NCBI GenBank assembly: GCA_963555815.3
Contig: CAUVWX020000001.1
Location: 800,001-864,000, forward strand
Reading direction: 5' to 3'
DNA from: a bacterium
GTDB taxonomy: Bacteria > UBA8248 > JACPRG01 > G963555815
DNA length: 64,000 bases
The number at the start of each line of letters is the position of its first letter. The first letter of the stretch is position 1. A program made the translations under genes and the position numbers. Below the pieces are notes generated by a model. The model did no database searches, was not told the DNA's origin, and saw only the letters and a list, made by a program, of their open reading frames with translations. This document shows positions 29,394-38,856 of the stretch, one piece after another.

Positions 29394-29923
29394 TCACCAG
29401 CTCATCTGGTGCAAGAGGTACTGATAGAAGGGGTCGGTCAGGAACTCTCGTTCGACGTTGAGTCCCCTGACACAGTCCTCAAAGACGTCCGAGAGCTTTC
29501 GAAAGAGGGAGGCAGGGGGGCGAAGGGCGTCCATCTCAGACACCTTATGGTAGGCCCTTTTGTCCTGGCTCACGAAGAACCGAGCCCCGCCCAAACGCTG
29601 CTCTCTCTCCAGGCCATCCGGATAGAGGCCGGTGAAGAAGAGGCAGTAGTCCCCGATATGCTTTCGGACCTCCCGGGGGTTTAGATGTGCCATCTCTTCC
29701 GCTTCCATGAGCATAGAGAGGGATTTTTTGATCTCTTGGCCCGCCTCGTCCCGGAGACAATAGAGGTTGTTAACATGGGCGAAATCCACCAGGATGTCCG
29801 AGACATAGGCCACAATTCTCTGGTTTTCAAGCCCACCATGTCAAAACTGGAGGTCGTCAAACGCCGCAGAAGGCGACAGAGAGGGTGGTCGCGGGGGATC
29901 CCCTTCTTTCGGGAGATGAGCAT
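29394..29923 (-). pseudogene. Hypothetical protein with a 1-nt frameshift near 29825
   Basis: MLISRKKGIPRDHPL..VGLK (SD GAGAGG) continues in another frame as NQRIVAYVSDILVDF..REVRKHIGDYCLFFTGLYP; one extra A in an A4 run restores the frame. Confidence 0.6.
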
Positions 29924-30026
29924 CGACCTCTCTTTCCCAATGGATGCAGAACTTAAAAATCGTCCCACACCCGGTCTATGCTGTCAACCTCCACAGCGGC
30001 AGCACTGCTGGTATAATAAGAACCAT

Positions 30027-30998
30027 ATGCTGACGCGTCGTTTTTGCCTTCAGGCCCTTTTTATCCTCCTTTCCGCCCTCTTTGCGGCGTCGCTCACCTT
30101 CTCCCAAGAAATTCGGGTCCTTCAGGGAGACGGATTCGACGTCAAGTCCGTCGCCTTTTCGCCGGACGGGCGCATCCTCGCGTCGGGGTTAACTTCCGGG
30201 ACCATTCTCCTCTGGGAGGCCTCGTCAGGAAAAGAGATCAGGCGCCTTGAGGGGCATACGGGCTATGTCTTCTCCATCTCCTTTTCGCCCGATGGCCATC
30301 TCTTGGCCTCGGGGTCATCGATAGACAACACCATCCGCCTCTGGGACGTGTCATCGGGGGAAGAACTGAAACGCCTTGAGGGGCATGGAAGCTATATCAG
30401 GTCCGTCTCTTTTTCCCCGGATGGTCGCTTGCTGGCCTCAGGGTCTGATGACAGGACAGTCCGCCTCTGGGACGTTTCGTCTGGGAGGGAGCTGGCGCGC
30501 CTAGTGGGGCACGGAAATGTGGTCGGCTCGGTCGCCTTCTCGCCCGATGGGCGCCTCCTGGCGTCGGGGGCATGGGACCGCACGATTCGCTTCTGGGATG
30601 TCTCCTCAACAAAAGCGTTAAGGCGCCTTGAGGGGCTTGCGGACTTCGTGGTGTCCATCTCCTTCTCGTCTGACGGTGGCCTTCTGGCATCAGGATTGGC
30701 TGATGGGACGATCCATATTTGGGAGGTCTCCTCAGGGAGAGAGCTGAGGCGCCTTGAGGGGCATCGCTTTGCGGTCAACTCCGTGTCCTTTTCGCCCGAT
30801 GGCCGCCTTGTCGCCTCAGCGTCAGATGACCAGACCGTCCGACTCTGGGAGGTCTCCTCAGGGAAAGAACTAAGGAGATTCAAGGGACATGGCGGCTCTG
30901 CCAACTCCGTCGCTTTTTCGCCCGATGGCCGTCTCCTGGCGTCGGGGTTAGATGACAAAACGGTCCGCCTCTGGGAAGTTCCCGCAAAACCACCCTGA
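30027..30998 (+). CDS. Secreted 7-repeat WD40 beta-propeller protein
   Basis: Hydrophobic N-terminus; seven LEGH..V.SV.FSPDGRLLASG..D.T.RLW units; TG-n-TATAAT at 30009-30017. Confidence 0.88.
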   Translation: MLTRRFCLQALFILLSALFAASLTFSQEIRVLQGDGFDVKSVAFSPDGRILASGLTSGTILLWEASSGKEIRRLEGHTGYVFSISFSPDGHLLASGSSIDNTIRLWDVSSGEELKRLEGHGSYIRSVSFSPDGRLLASGSDDRTVRLWDVSSGRELARLVGHGNVVGSVAFSPDGRLLASGAWDRTIRFWDVSSTKALRRLEGLADFVVSISFSSDGGLLASGLADGTIHIWEVSSGRELRRLEGHRFAVNSVSFSPDGRLVASASDDQTVRLWEVSSGKELRRFKGHGGSANSVAFSPDGRLLASGLDDKTVRLWEVPAKPP

Positions 30999-31086
30999 TC
31001 CTGCAAAAGACCTTCGTCAAAGAAGAGAAAGAAAAGGCCTGAGAGATCTTTTGTTGGTATGATTAAGGTCACAGGGAGGTTGACTC

Positions 31087-31542
31087 ATGCACAGATGGTC
31101 CCTTCGGGCCTTGACCGCCCTTCTGTTTGCCCTTCTGACCGCACCTCCCGCCCTTTCCCAGGCAGTTCGGGTCCTGGAGGGGGGAGGCTGGGTCTCCTCT
31201 GTCGCCTTTTCCCCCGATGGCCGCCTCTTCGTCTCTGGGTCAAACGACGAAACTATCCGTCTTTGGGACGTGTCCTCAGGAAAGGAAGTAAGGCGTCTGG
31301 AGGGACATGAAAAGACGGTCTTCTCCGTCGCCTTTTCCCCTGACGGCCGCCTCCTCGCTTCTGGGTCGGTGGACCCCACCATCCGGCTTTGGGATGTCAC
31401 CACAGGGATAGAATTGAGACGTCTGGAGGGGCATGAATCCTTTGTCCTCTCTGTCGCCTTTTCCCCTGACGGCCGTTTTCTTGCCTCTGGGTCAGCAGAT
31501 CTCACCGTCCGTCTTTGGGAATTTTCAGCCAAACCACCCTAA
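31087..31542 (+). CDS. Secreted 3-repeat WD40 protein (paralog)
   Basis: Signal peptide, GGGAGG SD, three WD40 units, same AKPP C-terminus. Confidence 0.85.
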   Translation: MHRWSLRALTALLFALLTAPPALSQAVRVLEGGGWVSSVAFSPDGRLFVSGSNDETIRLWDVSSGKEVRRLEGHEKTVFSVAFSPDGRLLASGSVDPTIRLWDVTTGIELRRLEGHESFVLSVAFSPDGRFLASGSADLTVRLWEFSAKPP

Positions 31543-31572
31543 TCCCGCCGAAGGCCCTGAGGAGAACGCACA

Positions 31573-31953
31573 ATGCCTCAGATCTGGGTAGAGGTGGAAG
31601 AGAGCCGCAACTGCCCATACAGCCCACAGCAGGTGTTCGAGACGTTGGGCGAGGTGAAGACGGCCGCCGAGATCCGTGTGGCGGACGTGGCGGGGAACGA
31701 GGTGTCAGAAATCATTGCCGGGTGGTCAAGCGTGGACGGGGGGAGCCCCTGTCCCGTCCGGTATGTGAAGGTGACGGACTCGGGATCGGGCGTCTCTCTC
31801 CTGGTGTGCGGAGGAGATTTTGGGATTCGGGTCCGGCCGGCAGACCGCCCAGGACCCTGGAACCTGGCGGACAGCGCTCAGAGGGGCGAGGCTTACCTGC
31901 TGCTGGATTCCCAAGCAACGGTGACGCCGTTAGACAACCCCAACAGTTCTTGA
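31573..31953 (+). CDS. Hypothetical protein
   Basis: GAGGAG SD; plausible globular composition. Confidence 0.6.
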   Translation: MPQIWVEVEESRNCPYSPQQVFETLGEVKTAAEIRVADVAGNEVSEIIAGWSSVDGGSPCPVRYVKVTDSGSGVSLLVCGGDFGIRVRPADRPGPWNLADSAQRGEAYLLLDSQATVTPLDNPNSS

Positions 31954-32013
31954 GTAGCATGGAGCCAAAGAAAAAGAAAAGGCGCCCTAAAATCCGCTGA
32001 ACAGGAGGTCTTT

Positions 32014-32487
32014 ATGAGGCTCAACAACGGTGACCTACTCCCAAGTGTTAGCGGTCCTACTGCGGGCGGGGGAAGTCTGACGATCCCCGAATATTTGAAA
32101 CAGGAATGGAATATTGTCCTTTTCTATCGAGGTCACTGGTGACATTTCTGCAATCTGCAGTTTGCAGACTTCGTTGGACACGGCGAAGAGTTTGAAAAGG
32201 CGAGCATCGGCATTGTCGCACTATCGGTCGATGGGGAGGAAGACACTCAGAAAATGGTGGAAAAGAACAAGATCGGTTTTCCGGTCATTTACGGGCTGGA
32301 CGTGAGGAAAGAAGCCGAAAAGATCGGCGCTTATTTTGACAGTGAGAAGGGTTACCTTCACCCCGCCAACTTCATCGTGCAAAAGGGTAGAGTGATCAAC
32401 GCAACCTACTCCAGCGGTCCGTTAGGCCGCCTTCAGGCCCAAAATGCGCTCATGCTCATCAACCACTATCGCGGACAGGCAAAATAG
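32014..32487 (+). CDS. AhpC/TSA peroxiredoxin-like selenoprotein (Sec at TGA 32140-32142), 157 aa
   Basis: AGGAGG SD; MRLNNGDLLP..VLFYRGHW-U-HFCN..IVALSVD..FPVIY..HPANFIV in one frame across the TGA. Confidence 0.85.
32154..32168 (+). promoter_or_regulatory. Candidate bacterial SECIS hairpin
   Basis: 11-nt spacer after the UGA, then TCTGCA-GTT-TGCAGA. Confidence 0.6.
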
Positions 32488-32729
32488 GAGGGAATCAGTT
32501 CCGGGTTTCCTGACGGGGAGCCTCCCCGTCCTCAGACTTCGCTCAGCAGGGACAATAGCCGTACCCAGTGCCGGAGGCCAGGATGGAATACATCTTCTGC
32601 ATCACGTGGTAGAACCGCGTCCAGAACCCTTCCGCCCGGCACTCAGAAACAGTCTCAGCCATCTCTCAGCATTCCCGTCCTTTTAATGATTTCTCTCGAT
32701 ACAAGAATAGATGTGCCAAGTGTTTCTTT

Positions 32730-33323
32730 TCAATACTTCCTCAAGACCCCAACCACGACCCCCTGGATCTGCAGGTCGTTCTCCTTTAGCACGATGGGGC
32801 TCATGGATGGGTTCGCGGGCTGAAGGCGGATGTTCCCGTTTTCCCGGTAGAACCGCTTGAGCGTCGCCTCTTTCCCCTGCAGGAGCGCCACGACTGTCTC
32901 CCCAATCTCCGCCGTCGACTGCTCTTTGACGATGACGTAGTCCCCGTCCTGAATGTGGTCCTCGATCATGGACTCTCCGCGCACCTGAAGAACGTAGAGG
33001 TCTTTGGCCCCCGCCTCGGTCCAGGGAAAGGTAATGGTCTGCGGATCGACGATAGCCTCAAGGGGGCTCCCGGCGGCGATGTAACCGAGGAGGGGCAGAC
33101 CCGCCGTCTCCGTCCTCTCCAGGACCTCGATAGAGCGGCTTCGATTCCAGCCCCGCTTGATGAGGCCCTTTGAAATGAGGTTCAGGATGTGCTTGTGGAC
33201 TGTTGCCGGCGACGTCAGGCCGAATGCCTTGCCAATCTCATGAAGGCTGGGCGAATAGCCTTTCTCCTTGATGAAATTCTTGACGAAATCCAGGATCTCG
33301 CGCTGTCTCCTGGTCAGATACAT
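32730..33323 (-). CDS. lexA: LexA repressor
   Basis: LTRRQREIL..GYSPS..EIG, LLGYIAAG cleavage site, GESM (Ser), TLKRF (Lys). Confidence 0.95.
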   Translation of the reverse strand: MYLTRRQREILDFVKNFIKEKGYSPSLHEIGKAFGLTSPATVHKHILNLISKGLIKRGWNRSRSIEVLERTETAGLPLLGYIAAGSPLEAIVDPQTITFPWTEAGAKDLYVLQVRGESMIEDHIQDGDYVIVKEQSTAEIGETVVALLQGKEATLKRFYRENGNIRLQPANPSMSPIVLKENDLQIQGVVVGVLRKY

Positions 33324-33398
33324 CGCATCTCTCCCGTTTCGAAGAAACCTTTTGGTCTCTTGTGATCTTGAAGGGGTCTGAACTTTTTCTGTGTAGAA

Positions 33399-33426
33399 TC
33401 TTAGCGAAACCGAAACGAAAGTCAAG
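33399..33426 (-). promoter_or_regulatory. lexA promoter with a candidate direct-repeat operator in its spacer
   Basis: TTGACT-N16-TAAGAT; spacer contains TTCG-N7-TTCG. Confidence 0.5.
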
Positions 33427-33460
33427 ACAAAAAATTGGGCCCACCCAAGATTTAGCTGGC

Positions 33461-33500
33461 TTGACAAGCGAGAAATCAGGATATACCTTATAGGGGTATA
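33461..33500 (+). promoter_or_regulatory. csoR promoter and CsoR operator
   Basis: TTGACA-N17-TACCTT overlapping the pseudo-palindrome TATACCTTATAGGGGTATA (TAC..G-tract..GTA type). Confidence 0.7.
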
Positions 33501-33523
33501 GGGTATAAACTAAGGAGGCCCCA

Positions 33524-33793
33524 ATGATTGACAAAGAGACCAAACAGTCGGCCCTTGGCCGCTTGAACCGGATTGAGGGGCAAATCCGCGGGTTGAAGGG
33601 GATGGTGGAGGCCGAGAAATACTGTATCGACGTCATCCATCAGGTCAACGCCGCCCGCCGGGCCCTGGAGCAGGTCGCCCTCCTGGTGATGAAGCGCCAT
33701 CTGAAGAGCTGTGTCTCTGGGGCCATCCAAGAGGACGACGGTGCCGGGAAGGTCGAGGAGTTCATGGAAAGCATCGACAAGTTCATCCGGTGA
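33524..33793 (+). CDS. csoR: CsoR-family copper-sensing repressor
   Basis: RLNRIEGQIRGL..YCIDV..HLKSC (C-H-C ligands). Confidence 0.9.
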   Translation: MIDKETKQSALGRLNRIEGQIRGLKGMVEAEKYCIDVIHQVNAARRALEQVALLVMKRHLKSCVSGAIQEDDGAGKVEEFMESIDKFIR

Positions 33794-33823
33794 AAGGCCC
33801 CTTTACGAGGAGGAGGGAGAGCC

Positions 33824-34372
33824 ATGAAGAGGATCTGGATATTATTGGTATCGGTCACAATGATTTTGGGAAGCACCAGCTACGCCTTAGCCGGGGACCG
33901 AAGGACAATGGGCCCTGGGATGATGGGAATGGGCCACGGCATGATGGGGACTGGGATGATGGGCTTTGGTCCTGGAATGATGGGAATGGGCCACGGCATG
34001 ATAGGGCCTGAGATGATGAGGTTCGGTCTTGGCGTCGACCTAACCGAAGATCAGAGGGAACAGTTGACCGACCTCCGGGTCCGGTTTATTCAGGAAAGTG
34101 CCGACATTCAGGCTGAGCTAATCCGGTCCCAAGCGGCCCTCCAGACACTTCTCATCGATCCATCTACCCGGGATGAGGCCATTGAAGCCAAGGTACAGAA
34201 GGTCGCCGCCGCTCAGGCCCGACTCTTCGTCCTGCGAGTCCAGATGAAGCGTGAGATGCAAGAAGTGTTGACGGAAGAGCAGCGCGAGCAGATGATGCGT
34301 GGCTTCTTCCAAGGCCAGAGGCCGACAGCCCCCCATGGCGCGCCAAGGGGCCCCAGGATGCCGGGACGCTAA
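33824..34372 (+). CDS. Periplasmic Spy/CpxP-family protein with Met/Gly/His-rich N-terminus
   Basis: Signal peptide; MMGMGHGMM repeats; two LTxxQ motifs. Confidence 0.85.
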   Translation: MKRIWILLVSVTMILGSTSYALAGDRRTMGPGMMGMGHGMMGTGMMGFGPGMMGMGHGMIGPEMMRFGLGVDLTEDQREQLTDLRVRFIQESADIQAELIRSQAALQTLLIDPSTRDEAIEAKVQKVAAAQARLFVLRVQMKREMQEVLTEEQREQMMRGFFQGQRPTAPHGAPRGPRMPGR

Positions 34373-34444
34373 AGCACTTCTCGCAGGCGCCGTTGAGAGG
34401 AAGGCGGCATTCCTAGAAGACTGCCATGAACTGCAGAGGACAAT

Positions 34445-36895
34445 ATGGATGACACCCCCATTAAAGACCACGCCCACATAAGCGGCGGCGGAAAGACAAA
34501 AGACCCCGTCTGCGGGATGGACGTTCAGCCGGAGACTGCCGAACACCGGTACGATCACGATGGCCACACGCATTTCTTTTGCAGCGGCCATTGCCTGCAT
34601 AAATTCCGCCAAGACCCTGCCAAGTATTTAAATTCCTCGCCAGCCGCACGATCTCAACCGGTGGATGTGAAGGGGACATACATCTGCCCGATGGACCCTG
34701 AAGTGCGCCAGGAGGGTCCTGGCTCATGTCCCAAGTGCGGCATGGCCCTCGAGCCGGAACTCGTGACAGCCCCGGCCGTTAAGACAGAGTACGTCTGCCC
34801 CATGCACCCGGAGGTCGTCCAGGGTGAGCCGGGGTCATGCCCCATATGCGGGATGGCCCTTGAGCCCCGCATCGTGACCGCGGAAGAAGAGAACCCAGAG
34901 ATGGTGGACATGACCCGGCGTTTCTGGGTCAGCGTGCCCCTGGCGGCCTCGATCCTCTTCCTCTCCATGTCGGACTTGATACCAGGACAGCCGATTCAGC
35001 GCGCGATTCCACCGCTTCTTTTGGGATGGATTCTGCTGGCGCTTTCCACACCAGTCGTGCTCTGGGGCGGAAAGCCTTTCTTTGAGCGCGGTTGGACCTC
35101 CATCGTCAACCGCAGTCCCAACATGTTCACGCTCATCGCCATTGGCGTCGGCACGGCCTATTTCTACAGCGTGGTCGCTACCCTATTTCCGGGCATCTTC
35201 CCAGACGTGTTCCGCGGCGAAGGGGGTGAGGTGGCTGTCTACTTCGACGCAGCCGCGATGATCATCGCCCTGGTCCTTCTGGGACAGGTGCTGGAGTTGC
35301 GCGCCCGCAGCCGGACCAGCAGCGCCATCAGGGCACTGCTCGGTTTTTCGCCCAAGACGGCCCGGGTAATTCGCGAAGACGGAAACGAAGAGGATATCCC
35401 ATTGGATCAGATCCAACGGGGAGACCGACTTCGGGTCCGTCCCGGCGAGAAGGTGCCGGTGGACGGGAACGTCCTGGAGGGTGTGAGTTCCGTGGACGAG
35501 TCCATGGTGACCGGTGAGCCGATCCCGGTGGAAAAAGCCCCGGGTGGCCGGGTCATCGGAGGGACCGTGAACGGGACGGGCGGGTTTGTGATGAAGGCGG
35601 AGCGTGTGGGCAGCGAAACACTCCTCGCGCAGATTGTCCAGATGGTGAGCGAGGCCCAACGGAGCCGCGCTCCCATCCAGCGTCTGGCGGATGTCGTTTC
35701 CTCTTACTTTGTTCCGGCAGTCGTCCTTGCGGCCATCGCGACATTCATCATCTGGGGTCTCATTGGACCTGAGCCTCGGATGGCCTTCGCCCTGGTCAAC
35801 GCCGTGTCGGTTTTGATCATCGCCTGCCCGTGCGCATTGGGGCTGGCGACGCCGATGTCCATCATGGTGGGGACGGGCCACGGGGCAACTGCCGGTGTGC
35901 TAATTAAGAACGCCGAGGCCCTCGAAATTTTGGAGAAGGTGGACACGCTGGTCGTGGACAAGACCGGGACACTCACAGAAGGCAAGCCCCGTCTGACCTC
36001 GGTGGTGGCCCTCCCGAATAAAAACGATTCAGAAGTCCTGCGCCTGGCCGCGAGTCTGGAGCGGGCCAGCGAACATCCCCTCGCCGCGGCCATCGTGGCC
36101 GGGTCGAAGGAGAAGGGGCTGGAACTCTTCGACGTTGAGGATTTCCGATCCGTCACCGGGAAAGGAGTAGTCGGAAAGATTCAGAAGCAGATCGTGGCCC
36201 TCGGCAACCTGAGCCTTCTTAAAGAATTGGAAATTCCTGCCGGAGATCTGTTGGAGAGGGCGGAAGCGCTGCGAAGGGAAGGCCAGACCGTGATGTTCCT
36301 CGCCGTGGACGGACGCCCGGCCGGACTCCTCGGTGTCGCGGACCCGATCAAAGCGTCTACGCCAGAGGCGATCCGGGCGCTCCATCGGGAGGGAATCAAC
36401 ATCGTCATGCTGACCGGAGACAGCCAAACCACCGCTGAGGCAGTGGCCCGCCAGCTCGGGATCGATGACGTGAAATCGGAGGTGCTGCCCGCGCAGAAAG
36501 GCGAGGTGATCAAGAGACTTCAATCAGAGGGCCATGTGGTGGCGATGGCGGGCGACGGCATCAATGACGCACCCGCCTTGGCCCAGGCCCAGGTCGGCAT
36601 CGCCATGGGGGCGGGCACGGACGTGGCCATTGAAAGCGCCGGGGTGACGCTGGTGAAGGGCAACCTTCGCGGCATCGCCCGGGCCCGCCGGCTCAGCCGG
36701 GGGACGATGCGCAACATCCGGCAGAATCTATTTTTCGCCTTCATCTACAACTCGCTCGGAATCCCCCTGGCGGCGGGCGTCCTTTACCCAGTATTCGGCC
36801 TGCTCCTCAGCCCTATCATCGCCAGTGCGGCGATGACCTTCAGCTCAGTGTCCGTGATCACCAACGCCTTGCGCCTCCGGGGGCTGAACCTCTAA
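34445..36895 (+). CDS. copA: Cu(I)-translocating P1B ATPase with YHS and two HMBD domains
   Basis: [51 protein letters not shown] and MxxSS. Confidence 0.93.
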   Translation: MDDTPIKDHAHISGGGKTKDPVCGMDVQPETAEHRYDHDGHTHFFCSGHCLHKFRQDPAKYLNSSPAARSQPVDVKGTYICPMDPEVRQEGPGSCPKCGMALEPELVTAPAVKTEYVCPMHPEVVQGEPGSCPICGMALEPRIVTAEEENPEMVDMTRRFWVSVPLAASILFLSMSDLIPGQPIQRAIPPLLLGWILLALSTPVVLWGGKPFFERGWTSIVNRSPNMFTLIAIGVGTAYFYSVVATLFPGIFPDVFRGEGGEVAVYFDAAAMIIALVLLGQVLELRARSRTSSAIRALLGFSPKTARVIREDGNEEDIPLDQIQRGDRLRVRPGEKVPVDGNVLEGVSSVDESMVTGEPIPVEKAPGGRVIGGTVNGTGGFVMKAERVGSETLLAQIVQMVSEAQRSRAPIQRLADVVSSYFVPAVVLAAIATFIIWGLIGPEPRMAFALVNAVSVLIIACPCALGLATPMSIMVGTGHGATAGVLIKNAEALEILEKVDTLVVDKTGTLTEGKPRLTSVVALPNKNDSEVLRLAASLERASEHPLAAAIVAGSKEKGLELFDVEDFRSVTGKGVVGKIQKQIVALGNLSLLKELEIPAGDLLERAEALRREGQTVMFLAVDGRPAGLLGVADPIKASTPEAIRALHREGINIVMLTGDSQTTAEAVARQLGIDDVKSEVLPAQKGEVIKRLQSEGHVVAMAGDGINDAPALAQAQVGIAMGAGTDVAIESAGVTLVKGNLRGIARARRLSRGTMRNIRQNLFFAFIYNSLGIPLAAGVLYPVFGLLLSPIIASAAMTFSSVSVITNALRLRGLNL

Positions 36896-37147
36896 CACGG
36901 GCCTATCTAGAAGGAGGGCCACGAGCAATCAAACCCCCAATGACGGTAAAGTCCTCCCTTTCGGACGTAGCCAGCTCGATATGGGAATTTCAGCCTTACC
37001 GAACTGGCCATTCAATAGCGTCTGATTCACGCTATAATTAAAGCTAATTTGACAACATTCAGGGGGCCAGCGTCCTTCTCCTGGGTCCGGAAGGTGCCCT
37101 TCGAGGCCTTACCGAGGTCTATCGAGATAATCCTGGATCGCAGGGAG

Positions 37148-37903
37148 ATGAAGTTGCCTGAGGGAAAAATATTCAAGCTTATGCTTGCTTTGAAACTTGC
37201 CCTTCAAAATCCCGCGAAATTCTCAAAATCTACCAAGCGTGGGTTCGATAATTTTTACCGTGATCTACTCTACGAGCACAGCGGAATCCCAACCGTTTCT
37301 CTTGGGGATATTGTCGCTCCGGAAGTGGAGGTAAAATTCCGAGATTTTCTCACACGACATGGCAAATTAAGCGCTCATAAAATTTTTGTGATCTCAACCA
37401 TCGTGGCGCATGAAAAACCCCGCATCATTTTCGAAATCGGGACGTTTGATGGAACTTCAACATTGCAATTGGCTCTAAATTCTCCGGAGAATGCCATTGT
37501 CTATACACTTGACTTCCCTCCGGATGCGAATTCCACAGAGTTTAGTATCGATGCAGGGGACAGAAAATATATTGAAGCGTCATCTTCCATCTCCAGGAAG
37601 TATACTAAATATGAAATTGGGAAAAAGGTTGTCCGGAAGTTGGGCGACTCGGCGAACTTTCCATTTGAGGAAGTTACCTGTAACGGTTGCCCCGATTTTA
37701 TTTTTCTCGATGGAAGCCATAGTTATGACTACATCAAAAACGACACGGAGAAATCGCTAGAGATCCTTGCGCCGAATGGATGTCTCGTATGGGACGACTA
37801 CACTCCGTTTTGGCCCGGTGTATTTGAATACCTGACCGAGTTGGGGCGAGAGTTGCCCATCAAGCGAATCGAAGGTACCAGGCTCGTCTATTACAAAGCG
37901 TGA
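37148..37903 (+). CDS. Class I SAM-dependent methyltransferase (Methyltransf_24-like), AT-rich
   Basis: IFEIGTFDG, YTLD, FIFLDGSHSY, LVWDDY. Confidence 0.85.
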   Translation: MKLPEGKIFKLMLALKLALQNPAKFSKSTKRGFDNFYRDLLYEHSGIPTVSLGDIVAPEVEVKFRDFLTRHGKLSAHKIFVISTIVAHEKPRIIFEIGTFDGTSTLQLALNSPENAIVYTLDFPPDANSTEFSIDAGDRKYIEASSSISRKYTKYEIGKKVVRKLGDSANFPFEEVTCNGCPDFIFLDGSHSYDYIKNDTEKSLEILAPNGCLVWDDYTPFWPGVFEYLTELGRELPIKRIEGTRLVYYKA

Positions 37904-37995
37904 TCGGTTTTTCTCGTTGGACCAAAGTGGTCGAGTTCTTTCAGGTATCTCTTGATTGCCATGCTGCTCATCGTCCTCTGCACACCCGCGCTAGG

Positions 37996-38250
37996 TTAAC
38001 CCAATAATCTATTCTGGACTCCCTGCAACCTCTTTGACCCCTTCAGAAAATAGCAGCAGAGGGAAGCGGCCAGGAGGACGCCCGTGGTGAGCAGGAAGGC
38101 AGGTCCGTAGCTCCCGATCCGGTCAAAGACAGTTCCGGCGACAAAGGGCCCCAGAATGGAGCCCAGGGCGTGGCCGAAGAGGAGGTATCCATAGAGGGTG
38201 GGAAGGGACTTTCGCCCATAGATCCCGGCGGCGGCGGAGGGCGTAAGGGA
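37996..38250 (-). pseudogene. C-terminal fragment of an MFS transporter
   Basis: YGRKSLPTLYG..GSILGPFVAGTVFDRIGSYGPAF; only about two TMs remain. Confidence 0.7.
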
Positions 38251-38438
38251 AGAAACGTCTTGATCCTCGCGACAGTTCAATGGGTCAAAGCTCTTGTCCC
38301 ACCCCCATTTTCTTCCAGATCGAACTCCCTAAAAACCTTCCTCTGAACCTTTCTTGCAATCCCAATGGGATCGTGTGATTATTGGAGAATGTTAGAATGA
38401 TCCTGGAAGAACCCAGCCAGGTGAATCAGGAGGGAGTG

Positions 38439-38765
38439 ATGGGTGAAGAAGAAAAGCCCATGAAGAGCGCCATTGAGCTGGCCTTGGAGCGGACGACCCA
38501 CTTCAAGAAGGACGCTGAAAAAGCAGCCCTGCCTAAGGAAAAAATAAAGCGCATCTCAGAGATCGAGAAGGAATATCAGGCCAAGGTGGCTGAGACCGAA
38601 ATCCTCCTGGAGTCAAGGTTCAAGAAGGTCGTGCAGACTTTAGCCCCTGAGGAAGCCCCTATCCATATTGAGGCGCTGCGCGAGGAGTTTCAAAAAGAGC
38701 GGGAATCCCTGAACAAGAAAAAGCTTCTTGAGATCGAGAAGGTCAAAGGACTTCCCCCAACCTAG
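38439..38765 (+). CDS. Coiled-coil hypothetical protein
   Basis: AGGAGG SD; MKSAIELALER; charged helical composition. Confidence 0.7.
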   Translation: MGEEEKPMKSAIELALERTTHFKKDAEKAALPKEKIKRISEIEKEYQAKVAETEILLESRFKKVVQTLAPEEAPIHIEALREEFQKERESLNKKKLLEIEKVKGLPPT

Positions 38766-38856
38766 ATCTCCCGTTAAAAAGTTTCCCTTCGAACACCCAG
38801 CCAGCTTTTTAAAGATAGTGCGTCGTTGTATGGGGGTGATGGAGCTAGAGGACCTC

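Noticed and set aside
30100..31520. Periodic DNA repeats resembling a CRISPR array
   Set aside because: Degenerate ~126-bp coding WD40 repeats; no invariant repeat-spacer structure and no cas genes.
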